Under the pieces are notes generated by a model. The model searched no databases. It was not told where the DNA came from and saw nothing but the letters and a program-made list of their open reading frames with translations. Below, piece by piece: positions 25,918 through 38,884 of a stretch of 64,000 nucleotides of DNA; positions within the stretch are counted from its first letter, which is position 1; each line of letters opens with the position of its first letter. The DNA comes from Heptranchias perlo (Eukaryota), in contig NW_027140008.1 of NCBI RefSeq assembly GCF_035084215.1, positions 1-64,000 on the forward strand. The letters are read 5' to 3'. Both the position numbers and the translations under genes were made by a program.

Positions 25918-28900
25918 TAAGAACATAAGAACATAAGAAATAGGAGCAGGAGTAGGCCATTCGGCCCCTCGAGCCTGCTCCGCCGTTCGATCAGATCATG
26001 GCTGATCTTCGACCTCAACTCCACTTTCCCGCCCGATCCCCATATCCCTTGATTCCCCGAGAGTCCAAAAATCTATCAATCTCAGCCTTGAATATACTCA
26101 ATGATTCACCATCCACAGCCCTCTGGGGTAGAGAATTCCAAAGATTCACAACCCTCTGAGTGAAGAAATTCCTCCTCATCTCAGTCTTGAATGTCCGACC
26201 CCTTATCCTGAGACTATGCCCCCTGGTTCTAGACTCTCCAGACAGGGGAAATAATCTCTCAGCATCTACCCTGTCAAACCCCCTCAGAATCTTATATGTT
26301 TCAATGAGATCACCTCTCATTCTTCTAAACTCCAGAGAGTATCGGCCCATTCTACTCAATCTCTCCTCATAGGACAATCCTCTCATCCCAGGAATTAATC
26401 TAGTGAACCTTCGTTGCACCGCCTCTAAGGCAAGTCTATCCTTCCTTAGATAAGGAGACCAAAACTGTACACAGTACTCCAGGTGAGGTCTCACCAAAGC
26501 CCTGCACAATTGTAGTAAGACTTCCTTACTCTTGTACTCCAATCCCCCTTGCAACCATCTTCAGCCAGAAGTGCCGAGTGGATAATCCATCTCAGCCTCC
26601 TCCCGATATCCCCACCATCACGGAAGCCAGTCTTCGGCCAATTCGATTCACTCCACGTGATATCAAGAAACGGCTGAGTGCACTGGATACAGCAAAGGCT
26701 ATGGGCCCTGACAACATCCCAGCTGTAGTGCTGAAGACTTGTGCTCCAGAACTAGCTGCGCCTCTAGCCAAGCTGTTCCAGTACAGCTACAACACTGGCA
26801 TCCACCCGACAATGTGGAAAATTGCCCAGGTATGTCCTGTCCACAAAAAGCAGGACAAATCCAATCCGGCCAATTACCGCCCCATCAGTCTACTCTCAAT
26901 CATCAGCAAAGTGATGGAAGGTGTCGTCGACAGTGCTATCAAGCGGCACTTACTCACCAATAACCTGCTCACCGATGCTCAGTTTGGGTTCCGCCAGGAC
27001 CACTCGGCTCCAGACCTCATTACAGCCTTGGTCCAAACATGGACAAAAGAGCTGAATTCCAGAGGTGAGGTGAGAGTGACTGCCCTTGACATCAAGGCAG
27101 CATTTGACCGAGTGTGGCACCAAGGAGCCCTAGTAAAATTGAAGTCAATGGGAATCAGGGGGAAAACTCTCCAGTGGCTGGAGTCATACCTAGCACAAAG
27201 GAAGATGGTAGTGGTTGTTGGAGGCCAATCATCTCAGCCCCAGGACATTGCTGCAGGAGTTCCTCAGGGCAGTGTCCTAGGCCCAACCATCTTCAGCTGC
27301 TTCATCAATGACCTTCCCTCCATCATAAGGTCAGAAATGGGGATGTTCGCTGATGACTGTACAGTGTTCAGTTCCATTCGCAACCCCTCAAATAATGAAG
27401 CAGTCCGAGCCCGCATGCAGCAAGACCTGGACAACATCCAGGCTTGGGCTCATAAGTGGCAAGTAACATTCGCGCCAGATAAGTGCCAGGCAATGACCAT
27501 CTCCAACAAGAGAGAGTCTAACCACCTCCCCTTGACATTCAACGGCATTACCATCGCCGAATCCCCCACCATCAACATCCTGGGGGTCACCATTGACCAG
27601 AAACTTAACTGGACCAGCCATATAAATACTGTGGCTACAAGAGCAGGTCAGAGGCTGGGTATTCTGCGGCGAGTGACTCACCTCCTGACTCCCCAAAGCC
27701 TTTCCACCATCTACAAGGCACAAGTCAGGAGTGTGATGGAATACTCTCCACTTGCCTGGATGAGTGCAGCTCCAACAACACTCAAGAAGCTCGACACCAT
27801 CCAAGATAAAGCAGCCCACTTGATTGGCACCCCATCCACCACCCTAAACATTCACTCCCTTCACCACCGGCGCACAGTGGCTGCAGTGTGCACCATCCAC
27901 AGGATGCACTGCAGCAACTCGCCAAGGCTTCTTCGACAGCACCTCCCAAACCCGCGACCTCTACCACCTAGAAGGACAAGAGCAGCAGGCACATGGGAAC
28001 AACACCACCTGCACGTTCCCCTCCAAGTCACACACCATCCCGACTTGGAAATATATCGCCGTTCCTTCATCGTCACTGGGTCAAAATCCTGGAACTCCCT
28101 TCCTAACAGCACTGTGGGAGAACCGTCACCACACGGACTGCAGCGGTTCAAGAAGGCGGCTCACCACCACCTTCTCAAGGGCAATTAGGGATGGGCAATA
28201 AATGCCGGCCTCGCCAGCGACGCCCACATCCCGTGAACGAATAAAAAAAAAAATAAAGGCCAACATGGCATTTGCTTTCCTAATTACTTGCTGTACCTCC
28301 ATGTTAACTTTTTGTGTTTCTTGTACGAGGACACCCAAATCCCTCTGAACACCAACATTTAATAGTTTCTCACCATTTAAAAAATATTCTGTTTTTCTAT
28401 TCTTCCTACCAAAGTGAATAACCTCACATTTCCCCACATTATACTCCATCTGCCACCTTCTCACCCACTCACTTAACCTCTCTATATCCCTTTGCAGACT
28501 CTTTGTGTCCTCCTCACAGTTTACTCTCCCACCGAGCTTTGTATCGTCAGCAAACTTGGAAACATTACACTCGGTCCCTTCATCTAAGTCATTAATATAG
28601 ATTGTAAATAGCTGAGGCCCAAGCACTGATCCCTGCGATACCCCACTAGTTACAGCCTGCCAACCTGAGAATGACCCGTTTATCCCTACTCTCTGTTTTC
28701 TGTCCGTTAACCAATCCTCTATCCATGTTAATACATTACCCCCGACCCCATGAGCCCTTATCTCGTGTAACAACCTTTTATGTGGCACCTTATCGAATGC
28801 CTTTTGAAAATCCAAATATACTCCATCCACTGGTTCCCCTTTATCCACCCTGCTAGTTACACACTCAAAAAACTCTGATAAATTTGTCAAGCACGATTTC

Positions 28901-31203
28901 CCTTTCATAAAACCATGTTGACTCTGCCTGATCATATTATGATTTTCTAAGTGCCCTGTTACCACTTCCTTAATAATGGATTCCAGCATTTTCCCGATGA
29001 CTGATGTCGGTCTAACTGGCCTGTCGTTCCCTGTTTTCTCTCTCTCTCCTTTCTTGAATAGCGGGGTTACATTTGCCACCTTCCGATCCACTGGGACCGT
29101 TCTGGAATCTGGGGAATTTTGGAAGATCACAACCAATGCGTCCACTATCTCTGCAGCCTCCTCTTTTAGAACCCTGGGATGTCGGCCATCAGGTCCAGGG
29201 GATTTATCGGCTTTTAGTCCCATTAATTTCTCCAGTACTTTTCCTTATCACTAAAAAGGTGGGTGGTAGGGGGCAGGTGGGGGGAAATTTAGAAATCTAA
29301 TGAGAAAAGTTAAGACAATAGAGCAGTGTCGTGATTTGGGTAAAGATAAACAGAGTGTGGCAGGAAGGGACAGAGAGTTTACCAATAACAGAGCATCAAC
29401 AAGTACGGTCAAAATAGGAAAAAATGGTAAAAAGTCAAAATGGAAGGCTCTTTATCTGAATGCACGGAGCATTCGTAACAAGAGAGAGGAATTAGTGGCA
29501 CAAATAGAGATAAATGGGTTTGATCCAATTGTCATTACAGAGACATGGGCGCAAAAATGACCAGGGTTGGGAACTAAATATTCCAACCCTTTAATTTAGT
29601 GATATTAATTGTTTTAAGTTCCTCACTCTCATTAGCCCCTTGGTTCCCCACTATTTCTGGTTTGCTTTTTGTGTCTTCTACTGTGAACAGATACAAAATA
29701 TTTGTTTAATGTCTCTGCCATTTCCTGATTCCCCATTATAATTTCTCCTGTCTCAGCCTCTAAGGGACCAACGTTTACTTTTGCTGCTCTCTTCCTTTTT
29801 ACATACTTGTAGAAACTCTTACAATCTGTTTTTATATTTCTCGCTAGTTTACTCTCAGATTCCACTTTCTCCCTTTTTATCAATTTTTTGGTCGTCCTTT
29901 GTTGGTTTCTGAAACTCTCCCAATCCTCAGGCTCACGACTCTTCTTAGTAACATTATAGGCCTCTTCATTTAATCTAATACTATCCTTAATTTCTTTATT
30001 TAGCCTCGGGTGGATCACTTTTCCCGTGGAGTTTTTATTTCTCAAAGGAATGTGTATTTGTTGAGAATATTGAAATATTTCTTTAAATATTCGCCATTGC
30101 TTTTCATCCATCAAACCCTTTAATTTAATTTCCCAATCTACCTTTGACAACTCACCCATCATACCATGTAATTGGCTTTATTTAAGTTTAAGTCTAGTTT
30201 CTGACTTGAGTACGTTACTTTCAAACTCAATGTGAAATTCTATCATATTATGATCGCTCTTCCCCAGAGGATCCCTTACTGTGAGATTACTAATTAACCC
30301 TGTCTCATTACATAATACAAGATCTAAATTAGCCTGTTCCCTGGTTGGTTCCATGTCGTGCTGCTCTCGGAAACCGTCTCGAATACATTCCATGAACTCG
30401 TCCTCCAAACTACCTTTGCCAGTTTGATTTGCCCAGTCTATGTGAAGATTAAAGTCCCCCATGATTACTGCATTACCTTTGTTACAAGCTCCGATTATTT
30501 CATCATTAATACTCTGGCCAACAGTATAGCTACCATCAGGGGGCCTATAAACCACTCCCACCAGTGTTTTCTGACCCTTGTTATTTCTAATTTCCACTCA
30601 GACTGATTCTATTTCCTGATCCTCCGAGCCGAGATCCTTGCTCACCCCTGTCCTTATCTCACCCTTTATTATCAGGACTACGCCCCCTCCTTTCCCCTCC
30701 TACCTGTCTTTTCTAAATGTCATGTACCCTGGAATATTTAGTTCCTAACCCTGGTCATTTTTGCGCCCATGTCTCTGTAATGACGATTGGATCAAACCCA
30801 TTTATCTCTATTTGTGCCACTAATTCCTCTCTCTTGTTACGAATGCTCCGTGCATTCAGATAAAGAACCTTCCATTTTGACTTTTCACCATTTTTTCCTA
30901 TTTTGACCGTACTTGTTGATGCTCTGTTATTGGTAAACTCTCTGTCCCTTCCTGCCACACTCTGTTTATCTTTACCCAAATCACGACACTGCTCTATCGT
31001 CTTAACTTTTCTCATTAGATTTCTAAATTTCCCCTCACCTACCCCCTACCACCCACCTTTTTAGTTTAAATCCCTACCTACAGCCCTAGTTATTCGATTC
31101 ACCAGGACACTGGTCCCAGCCCTGTTTATGTGGCGCCCGTCCCATCGGAACAGTTCCCTCTTTCCCCAGTACTGGTATCAGTGTCCCATGAATCGAAACC
31201 CCT
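25918..31203 (-). mobile_element. CR1 LINE 'B' nested in A
   Basis: 3' tail (TTCTTATG)n on the minus strand at ~25918-25940; ORF2 pieces 26015-26554, 28254-29223 and 29632-31015; ORF1 tail ~31070-31203. GCA is present at both junctions. Confidence 0.85.
26555..28253 (+). mobile_element. 5'-truncated poly(A)-tailed CR1-superfamily LINE 'D' with a long open RT frame, nested in B
   Basis: 536-aa ORF with GPDNIP, NYRPISLL, QFGFR, DIKAAFDRVWH, GVPQGSVLGP and FADD; ends GAATAAAAAAAA. Host B rejoins as CCCTTGCAA^TAAAGGCCAAC. Confidence 0.92.
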
Positions 31204-32235
31204 GCACCTCGCCTGTATCCAGGGAGGATTGGAAAATGATGGTCAGAGTCTCCGCTATTTCCTCCCTGGCTTCTCTTAACAGCCTGGGATACATTTCATC
31301 CGGGCCTGGTGATTTATCCACTTTCAAAGATGCTAATCCCCTTAATACTTCCTCTCTCACTATGTTTATCCCATCCAATATTTCACACTCCTCCTCCTTA
31401 ACTACAATCTCTGCATCGTCCCCCTCTTTTGTGAAGACAGAAGCAAAGTATTCATTAAGAACCATACCCACATCTTCCGCCTCCACACACAGTTTACCTT
31501 TTTGGTCTCTGATAGGCCCGACTCTTTCCTTAGTTATCCTCTTGCTCTTTATGTATTTATGAAACATCTTTGGGTTTTCCTTAATTTTACTTGCCAGTAT
31601 TTTCTCATTCCCTCTCTTTGCTTTCCTAATTTCCTTTTAAATTTCCCCCCCCTGCACTTTCTATCCTCCTCTGGGCTTTCTGCAGTATTGAGCTCTTGGT
31701 GTCTGACATAAACTTCCCTTTTTTGCCTTATCCTACCCTGTTCGCTCCTTGTCATCCAGGGGGCTCTGGATTTGGCAGCCTCTCCCTGTTTCTTTGTGGG
31801 AACATGTTTACTCTGAACCCCTTGAACTCCTCCCACTGCTCTGACACTGATTTACCTTCAAGCAGCTGTTTCCAGTCCACTTTTGCTAAATCACTTCTCA
31901 GTTTAGTAAAATTGGCCTTTCCCCAGTTGAGAACTTTTACTCCTGTTCTATCTTTGTCCTTCTCCATAACTGTGCTAAATCCAACTGTATTATGACACTA
32001 TCACCAAAATACTCTCCCACTGATACTCCTTCCACCTGCCCAGCTTCATTCCCTAAAACTAAATCCAGAACTGCCCCCTCTCTTATTGGGCTTGCTATAT
32101 ATTGGCTAAAAAAGTTCTCCTGAATGCAATTTAAGAATTCTGCTCCCTCTATACCCTTCACACTGATTCTATCCCAATTAATATTAGGGGAGTTGAAATC
32201 CCTCACTATTATTGCCCTATTGTTTTTGCACTTCT

Positions 32236-32477
32236 GCACGTTCCCCTCCAAGTCACACACCATCCCGACTTGGAAATATATCGGCCGTTCCTTCATTGTT
32301 GCTGGGTCAAAATCCTGGAACTCCCTTCCTAACAGCACTGTGGGAGAACCTTCACCACACGGACTGCAGCGGTTCAAGAAGGCGGCTCACCACCACCTTC
32401 TCAAGGGCAATTAGGGATGGGCAATAAATGCCGGCCTCGCCAGCGACACCCACATCCCATGAACGAATAAAAAAAAA
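32236..32477 (+). mobile_element. Short 3' copy of LINE D inserted in A
   Basis: Nearly identical to ~28011-28253, has a poly(A) tail, and is flanked by the TSD (A)CTTCT. Confidence 0.9.
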
Positions 32478-33038
32478 CTTCTCAGAAATTTGCCTCCATA
32501 TTTGCTCCTCTATCTCCCTCTGACTGTTTGGGGGTCTATAGTTCACTCCCAGCAGTGTGACTGCCCCTTTTTTGTACTTTAGCTCAACCCATGTGGCATC
32601 ATTTGATGATCCTTCCAACATATCATCCCTCCTCACGGCTGTAATTGTTTCTGTAACCAATATTGCCACCACCCTCCCCCCCCTCCTTCTTTATCCCCCT
32701 CTCTGTCTCGTCTGAAAACCCTGTAACCAGGGACGTTGAGCTGCCATTCCTGCCCCTCTTCAAGCCATGTTTCAGTAATAGCGATGATATTGTACTGCCA
32801 CGTGTCTATCTGTGCCCTCAGCTCATCCGCCTTATTCACTGTACACCTTGTATTGAGGTATATTCCTTTAAGCACTGCCAAACTCCCTTATTGTCTGGTT
32901 TCTAACTTTTGTTCCCTCTGCTTTCCAAACTCACTTACTAATTTTCTGCCTTCCATTTCCAGTTCTGCTTTTCTCCCTTCTGAATCTACGCTCAGGTTCC
33001 CATCCCCCTGCCAAGCTAGTTTAAACCCTCGCCAACAG

Positions 33039-35395
33039 TGCAATTGTGCAATGAGAAAGGATTAATTAACAATCTCGTTGTGAGGGGTCCCTTAGGGAAG
33101 AGTGACCATAACATGATAGAATTCCTCATTAAGATGGAGGGTGAAGTAGTTGAATCCGAAACTAGGGTCCTGAATCTAAATAAAGGAAGTTATGAAAGTA
33201 TGAGGTGTGAGTTGGCGATGATAGATTGGGGAACTTTACTAAAAGGGATGACGGTGGATAGGCAATGGCTAATATTTAAAGAACGTGTGCAGGAATTACA
33301 ACAATTATTCATTCCTGTCTGGCGCAAAAATAAAACAGGAAAGGTGGCTCAAACATGGCTTACAAAAGAAATTAGTGACAGTATTAGATCCAAAGAGGAG
33401 GCATATAAAATTACCAGAAAAAGCAGCAAGCCTGAGGATTGGGAGCAGTTCAGAATTCAGCAAAGGAGGACAAAGAGATTGATTAAGAGGAGAAAAATAG
33501 AGTATGAGAGTAAACTAGCAGGGAACACAAAAACTGACTGTAAAAGCTTCTATAAACATGTCAAGAGAAAAAGATTAGTGAAGACAAATGTAGGTCCCTT
33601 ACAGTCAGAAATGGGGGAAATTATAATGGGGAACAAAGAAATGGCAGAACAATTAAACACATACTTTGGTTCTGTCTTCAGAAAGGAGGACACGAATAAC
33701 CTGCCAGAAATGTTAGGGAACCAAGGGTCTAGTGAGAGGGAGGAACTGAAGGAAACCAGTATTAGTAAAAAAAATAGTGCTAGGGAAATTAATGGGGCTA
33801 AAGGCTGACAAATCTCCAGGGCCTGATAATCTACATCCCAGAGTACTAAAGGAAGTGGCCCTGGAAATAGTGGATGCATTGGTGGTCATCTTCCAAAATT
33901 CTATAGACTCTGGAACAGTTCCTACAGATTGGAGGGTGGCAAATGTAACCCCACTATTTAAAAAAGGAGGGAGAGAAAAAACAGGGAATTACAGACCAGT
34001 TAGCCTAACATCAGTAGTGGGGAAAATGCTGGAGTCTATTATAAAAGATGTGATAACAGAACACTTGGAGGGCATTAACGGGATTGGACAAAGTCAGCGT
34101 GGGTTTATGAAAGGGAAATCATGCTTAGCAAATCTACTGGAGTTTTTTGAGGATGTAACTAGTAGAATAGATAGGGGAGAACCAGTGGATGTGATGTATT
34201 TGGATTTTCAGAAGGCTTTTGATAAGGTCCCACACAAGAGGTTAGTGTGCAAAATTAAAGCACATGGGATTGGGGGGAATATACTGGCATGGATTGAGAA
34301 TTGGTTGACAGACAGGAAACAGAGAGTAGGAATAAACGGGTCTTTTTCCGGGGTGGCAGGCAGTGACTAGTGGGGTACCGCAGGGATCGGTGCTTGGGCC
34401 CCAGCTATTCACAATATATATCAATGATTTGGATGAGGGAACTAAATATAACATTTCCAAGTTTGCTGACGACACAAAGCTGGGGTGGAATGTGAGCTGT
34501 GAGGAGGATGCAAAGAGGCTCCAATGTGATTTAGACAAGTTGGGTGAGTGGGCAAGAACATGGCAGATGCAGTATAACGTGGATAAATGTGAGGTTATCC
34601 TCTTTGGTTGTAAAAACAGAAAGGCAGATTAATATCTGAATGGTGATAGATTGGGGAAAAGGGGAGGTGCAACGAGACCTGGGTGTCCTTGTACACCAGT
34701 CACTGAAAGCCAGCATTCAGGTGCAGCAAGCAGTTAGGAAGGCGAATGGTATGTTGGCCTTCATTGCAAGAGGATTTGAGTACAGGGGCAGGGATGTCTT
34801 ACTGCAGTTATACAGGGCCTTGGTGAGACCACATCTGGAGTATTGTGTGCAGTTTTGGTCTCCTTATCTGAGGAAGGATGTCCTTGCCATGGAGGGAGTA
34901 CAACGAAGGTTTACCAGACTGATTCCTGGGATGGCAGGACTGACGTATGAGGAGAGATTGGGTCGACTAGGCCTATATTCACTCGAGTTTAGAAGAATGA
35001 GAGGGGATCTCATCGAAACATATAAAATTCTAACAGGACTAGACAGACTAGATGCGAGGAGGATGTTCCCGATGGCTGGGGAGTCCAGAACCAGGGGTCA
35101 CAGTCTCAGGATACGGGGTATGCCATTTAGAACCGAGATGAGGAGAAATTTCTTCACTCAGAGGGTGGTGAACCTGTGGAATTCTCTACCACAGAAGGCA
35201 GTGGAGGCCACGTCATTAGATGTATTCAAGAAGGAGAGAGATATATTTCTTAATGCTAAAGGGATAAAGGGATATGGGGAAAAAGCGGGAACAGGGTACT
35301 GAGTTAGACGATCAGCCATGATCATTTTGGATGGCGGAGCAGGCCCGAGGGGCCGAATGGCTTACTCTTGCTCCTATTTTCTATGTTTCTATGTT
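33039..35395 (+). mobile_element. CR1 LINE 'E' (5'-truncated ORF2) inserted in ORF1 of A
   Basis: Frameshifted ORF2 pieces 33038-35302 (KSPGPD, NYRPVSLTS, DFQKAFDKVPH, GVPQGSVLGP, FADD); (TTTCTATG) tail; TSD AACAG at 33034-33038 and 35396-35400. Confidence 0.9.
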
Positions 35396-35614
35396 AACAG
35401 CACTAGTGAACCTCCCCGTGACGATATTGGTCCCAGCCCTGTTTAAGTGCAACCCGTCGGGCCTGTACAGGTCCCACCTCCCCCAGAACTGGGCCCAATG
35501 CCCCAGGAATCTAAAGCCCTCCCTCCTGCACCATCTCTCCAGCCACGCATTCATCTGCTCTACCCTCCTATTTCTATACTCACTAGCATGTATATTTCTT
35601 GGAAAATGTTCCAG

Positions 35615-36360
35615 AATCTGTAAACTCAATGGTAGAATTTTAAAGGGGGTGCAGGAGCAGAGAGACCTGGGGGTGTGTGTACACAAATCTTTGAAGGTGG
35701 CAGGACAAGTGGAGAAGGCTGTTAATAAAGCATATGGGATCCTGGGCTTTATTAATAGAGGCATAGAGTACAAAAGCAAGGAAGTTATGTTAAACCTTTA
35801 TAAAACACTGGTTAGGCCTCAGCTGGAGTATTGTGTCCAGTTCTGGGCACCGCACTTTAGGAAGGATGTGAAGGCCTTAGAGAGGGTGCAGAGGAGATTT
35901 ACTGGAATGGTCCCAGGGATGAGGGACTTCAGTGATGTGGAGAGACTGGAGAAGCTGGGATTGTTCTCCTCAGAGCAGAGAAGGTTAAGGGGAGATTTGA
36001 TCGAGGGGTTCAAAATCAGGAAGGGTTTTGAGAGAGTAAATAAGGAGAGACTGTTTCCAGGGGGCAGGAGGGTCGGGAACCAGAGGACACGGATTTAAGG
36101 TGATCGGGGAAAGAGCCAGAGGGGGAGATGAGGAGAATGTTTTTTTACAGCGAGTTGTGATGATCTGGAATTCACTGCCTGAAAGGGGAGTGGGAACAGA
36201 TTCAATAATAACTTTCAAAAGGGGAATCGGAGAAATACTGGAAGGGAAAAAATTACAGGGCTACGGGGAAAGAGCAGGGGGAGTGGGACTGATTGGATAG
36301 ATCTTTCAAAGAGCCGGCACAGGCCCAATGGGCTGAATGGCCTCCTCCTGTGCTGTGAGA
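35615..36360 (+). mobile_element. CR1 3' fragment
   Basis: [32 protein letters not shown]. Confidence 0.85.
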
Positions 36361-36374
36361 TTCTAACCTTTACA

Positions 36375-37965
36375 ATGTATAGAACATTGGTTAGACCACA
36401 CTCGGAGCACTGTGCACAGTTCTGGTCTCCATATACCTCGGTTAGACCACACTCGGAGCACTGTGCACAGTTCTGGTCTCCATATACCTCGGTTAGACCA
36501 CACTCGGAGCACTGTGCACAGTTCTGGTCTCCATATACCTTGGTTAGACCACACTTGGAGCACTGTGCACAGTTCTGGTCTCCATATACCTGGGTTAGAC
36601 CACACTTGGAGCACTGTGCACAGTTCTGGTCTCCATATACCTCAGTTAGACCACACTCGGAGCACTGGGCACAGTCCTGGTCTCCATATACCTTGGTTAG
36701 ACCACACTTGGAGCACTGTGCACAGTTCTGGTCTCCATATACCTTGTTTAGACCACACTCGGAGCACTGTGCACAGTTCTGGTCTCCATATACCTTGGTT
36801 AGACCACACTCGGAGCACTGGGCACAGTCCTGGTCTCCATATACCTTGTTTAGACCACACTCGGAGCACTGTGCACAGTTCTGGTCTCCATATACCTGGG
36901 TTAGACCACACTCGGAGCACTGTGCACAGTTCTGGTCTCCATATACCTCAGTTAGACCACACTCGGAGCACTGTGCACAGTTCTGGTCTCCATATACCTC
37001 AGTTAGACCACACTTGGAGCACTGTGCACAGTTCTGGTCTCCATATACCTTGTTTAGACCACACTCGGAGCACTGTGCACAGTTCTGGTCTCCATATACC
37101 TTGGTTAGACCACACTCGGAGCACTGGGCACAGTCCTGGTCTCCATATACCTTGTTTAGACCACACTCGGAGCACTGTGCACAGTTCTGGTCTCCATATA
37201 CCTGGGTTAGACCACACTCGGAGCACTGTGCACAGTTCTGGTCTCCATATACCTCAGTTAGACCACACTCGGAGCACTGTGCACAGTTCTGGTCTCCATA
37301 TACCTGGGTTAGACCACACTTGGAGCACTGTGCACAGTTCTGGTCTCCATATACCTTGGTTAGACCACACTCGGAGCACTGTGCACAGTTCTGGTCTCCA
37401 TATACCTCGGTTAGACCACACTCGGAGCACTGTGCACAGTTCTGGTCTCCATATTATAAAAAGGATATGGAGGCACAGGAGTAGGTGTAAAAAAGATTTA
37501 CCAGGATGATCCCAGAACTGAGAGGTTTATAACTATCAGGAAAGGCTGAACAGGCTGGGGCTCTTTTCTCTGGAAAAGAGAAGACTGAGGGGTGACCTGA
37601 TGGAGGTCTTTAAGATTATGAGAGGGTTCGATAGGGTAGACGTAGAGAAGATGTTCCCACTTGTGGGGGAGACCAGAACGAGGGGGGGCCATAAATATAA
37701 GAGAGTCACTAATAAATCCAATGGGGAATTCAGGAGAAACTTCTTTCCCCAGAGAGTGGTGAGAATGTGGAACTCACTCCCACAAGGAGTGGTTGAGGTG
37801 AATAGTGGAGATGGATTTAAGGGGAAGCTCGATAAACACATGGGGGAGAAAGGGATAGAAGGAGATGGTGAGAGGGTGAGATGGAGGAGGGAGGGAGGAG
37901 GCTCGTGTGGAGCATAAACACCGGGATAGACCCGATGGGCTGAATGGCCTGTTCCTGTGCTGTAG
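36375..37965 (+). mobile_element. CR1 3' fragment with 51-bp tandem expansion
   Basis: Same structure as 16045-17475, in the opposite orientation. Confidence 0.9.
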
Positions 37966-37994
37966 ACTCGATGTTTAACACTCTCCTTTTCTAG

Positions 37995-38312
37995 TGCCTT
38001 CTCCACAGCCTCCCTCCATCTTTCTCCACCATCCTCCTGCTGATGAGACGAGGACACCAGGCCTGACCCAGCTCCTGTGTGGCGCGACAGGATTCTACCC
38101 GGGAGTGATCTCGCTGAGCTGGGAGGTGGATGGTCAGAAGGTCAGCTTGGGCCTGTCAGACAGCGACCCCTCGCTGGCTCCAGACGGGAGTTACACCCTG
38201 ATCAGCCGGCTGGACGTCACCATCTCTGAGTGGGAGGCTGGATCTCTGTACAGCTGCGTTGTGTCCCACAGGTCACTGCCGGTGCCAGTCAGGAGACAGA
38301 TCAGAGGTGGAG
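37995..38312 (+). CDS. Ig-like receptor C1-set domain C3
   Basis: CCTTTTCTAG / GTGAGT, 318 nt, phase 1-1. PSIFLHHPP..QLLCGATGFYPGVISLSWEVDG..DGSYTLISRLDVTISEWEAGSLYSCVVSH. Confidence 0.95.
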
Positions 38313-38538
38313 GTGAGTGACTTACGACTGATACGGACCGGGTCACGTCCCGAAATTGGTCAGTCCCAGAGGGATGAGAGGTCAGTGTGTGACCCACTGC
38401 CCTATCAGAGAGAGAGAGGAGTCTTCCGTCCCCTCTGTCTGCGGCTGGATTTGACCCCAAGGTCCTCGAGGTGAAATTGAGTTTGTTCCTCCAGTTTCCC
38501 TCTCTCCTAATCCATGTTTCTTCTCCCTCCCCCCTCAG

Positions 38539-38859
38539 CACTCCCTCCCTCCCCTCCGTCTCTTCATCTGGTTCCACCGTCCATCCGGGAGATTCTAACC
38601 AATCGGACGGCTACGCTGGCCTGCATCGCCACTGAGTTCTACCCGGCTACGATATCCTTCGAGTGGCGGGTGGGGGGCTCGGAGATGGCCCATGGCCTCC
38701 GGACCCTGCCCCTTGCTGCCAATCCGGGCGGGACCTTCAGTTCCAGGAGTGAGTTAACGGTGCCTGTGGAGAGGTGGGAATCGGGCGAGAGCTTCACCTG
38801 TCTGGTTCGCCACCAATCACTGGGGAGCCCGGTAACCAGCACCGTCGCTAATGGAGACA
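38539..38859 (+). CDS. Ig-like receptor C1-set domain C4
   Basis: CCCCTCAG / GTGAGT, 321 nt, phase 1-1. PSLHLVPPS..TATLACIATEFYPATISFEW..GTFSSRSELTVPVERWESGESFTCLVRH. Confidence 0.95.
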
Positions 38860-38884
38860 GTGAGTAATCGACGGGGGTGGGGTC

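Larger units (their letters stand above)
24470..35588 (-). mobile_element. CR1 LINE 'A' (ORF1 end plus ORF2), split by three direct insertions
   Basis: Collinear ORF2 pieces (24577-25915 and 31204-33000) rejoin as DTGEV|PEDWR across insertion B. The ORF1 esterase-like tail (WCRREGFRFLGHW..DGLHLNRAG) at 35396-35588 rejoins across insertion E. Confidence 0.85.
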
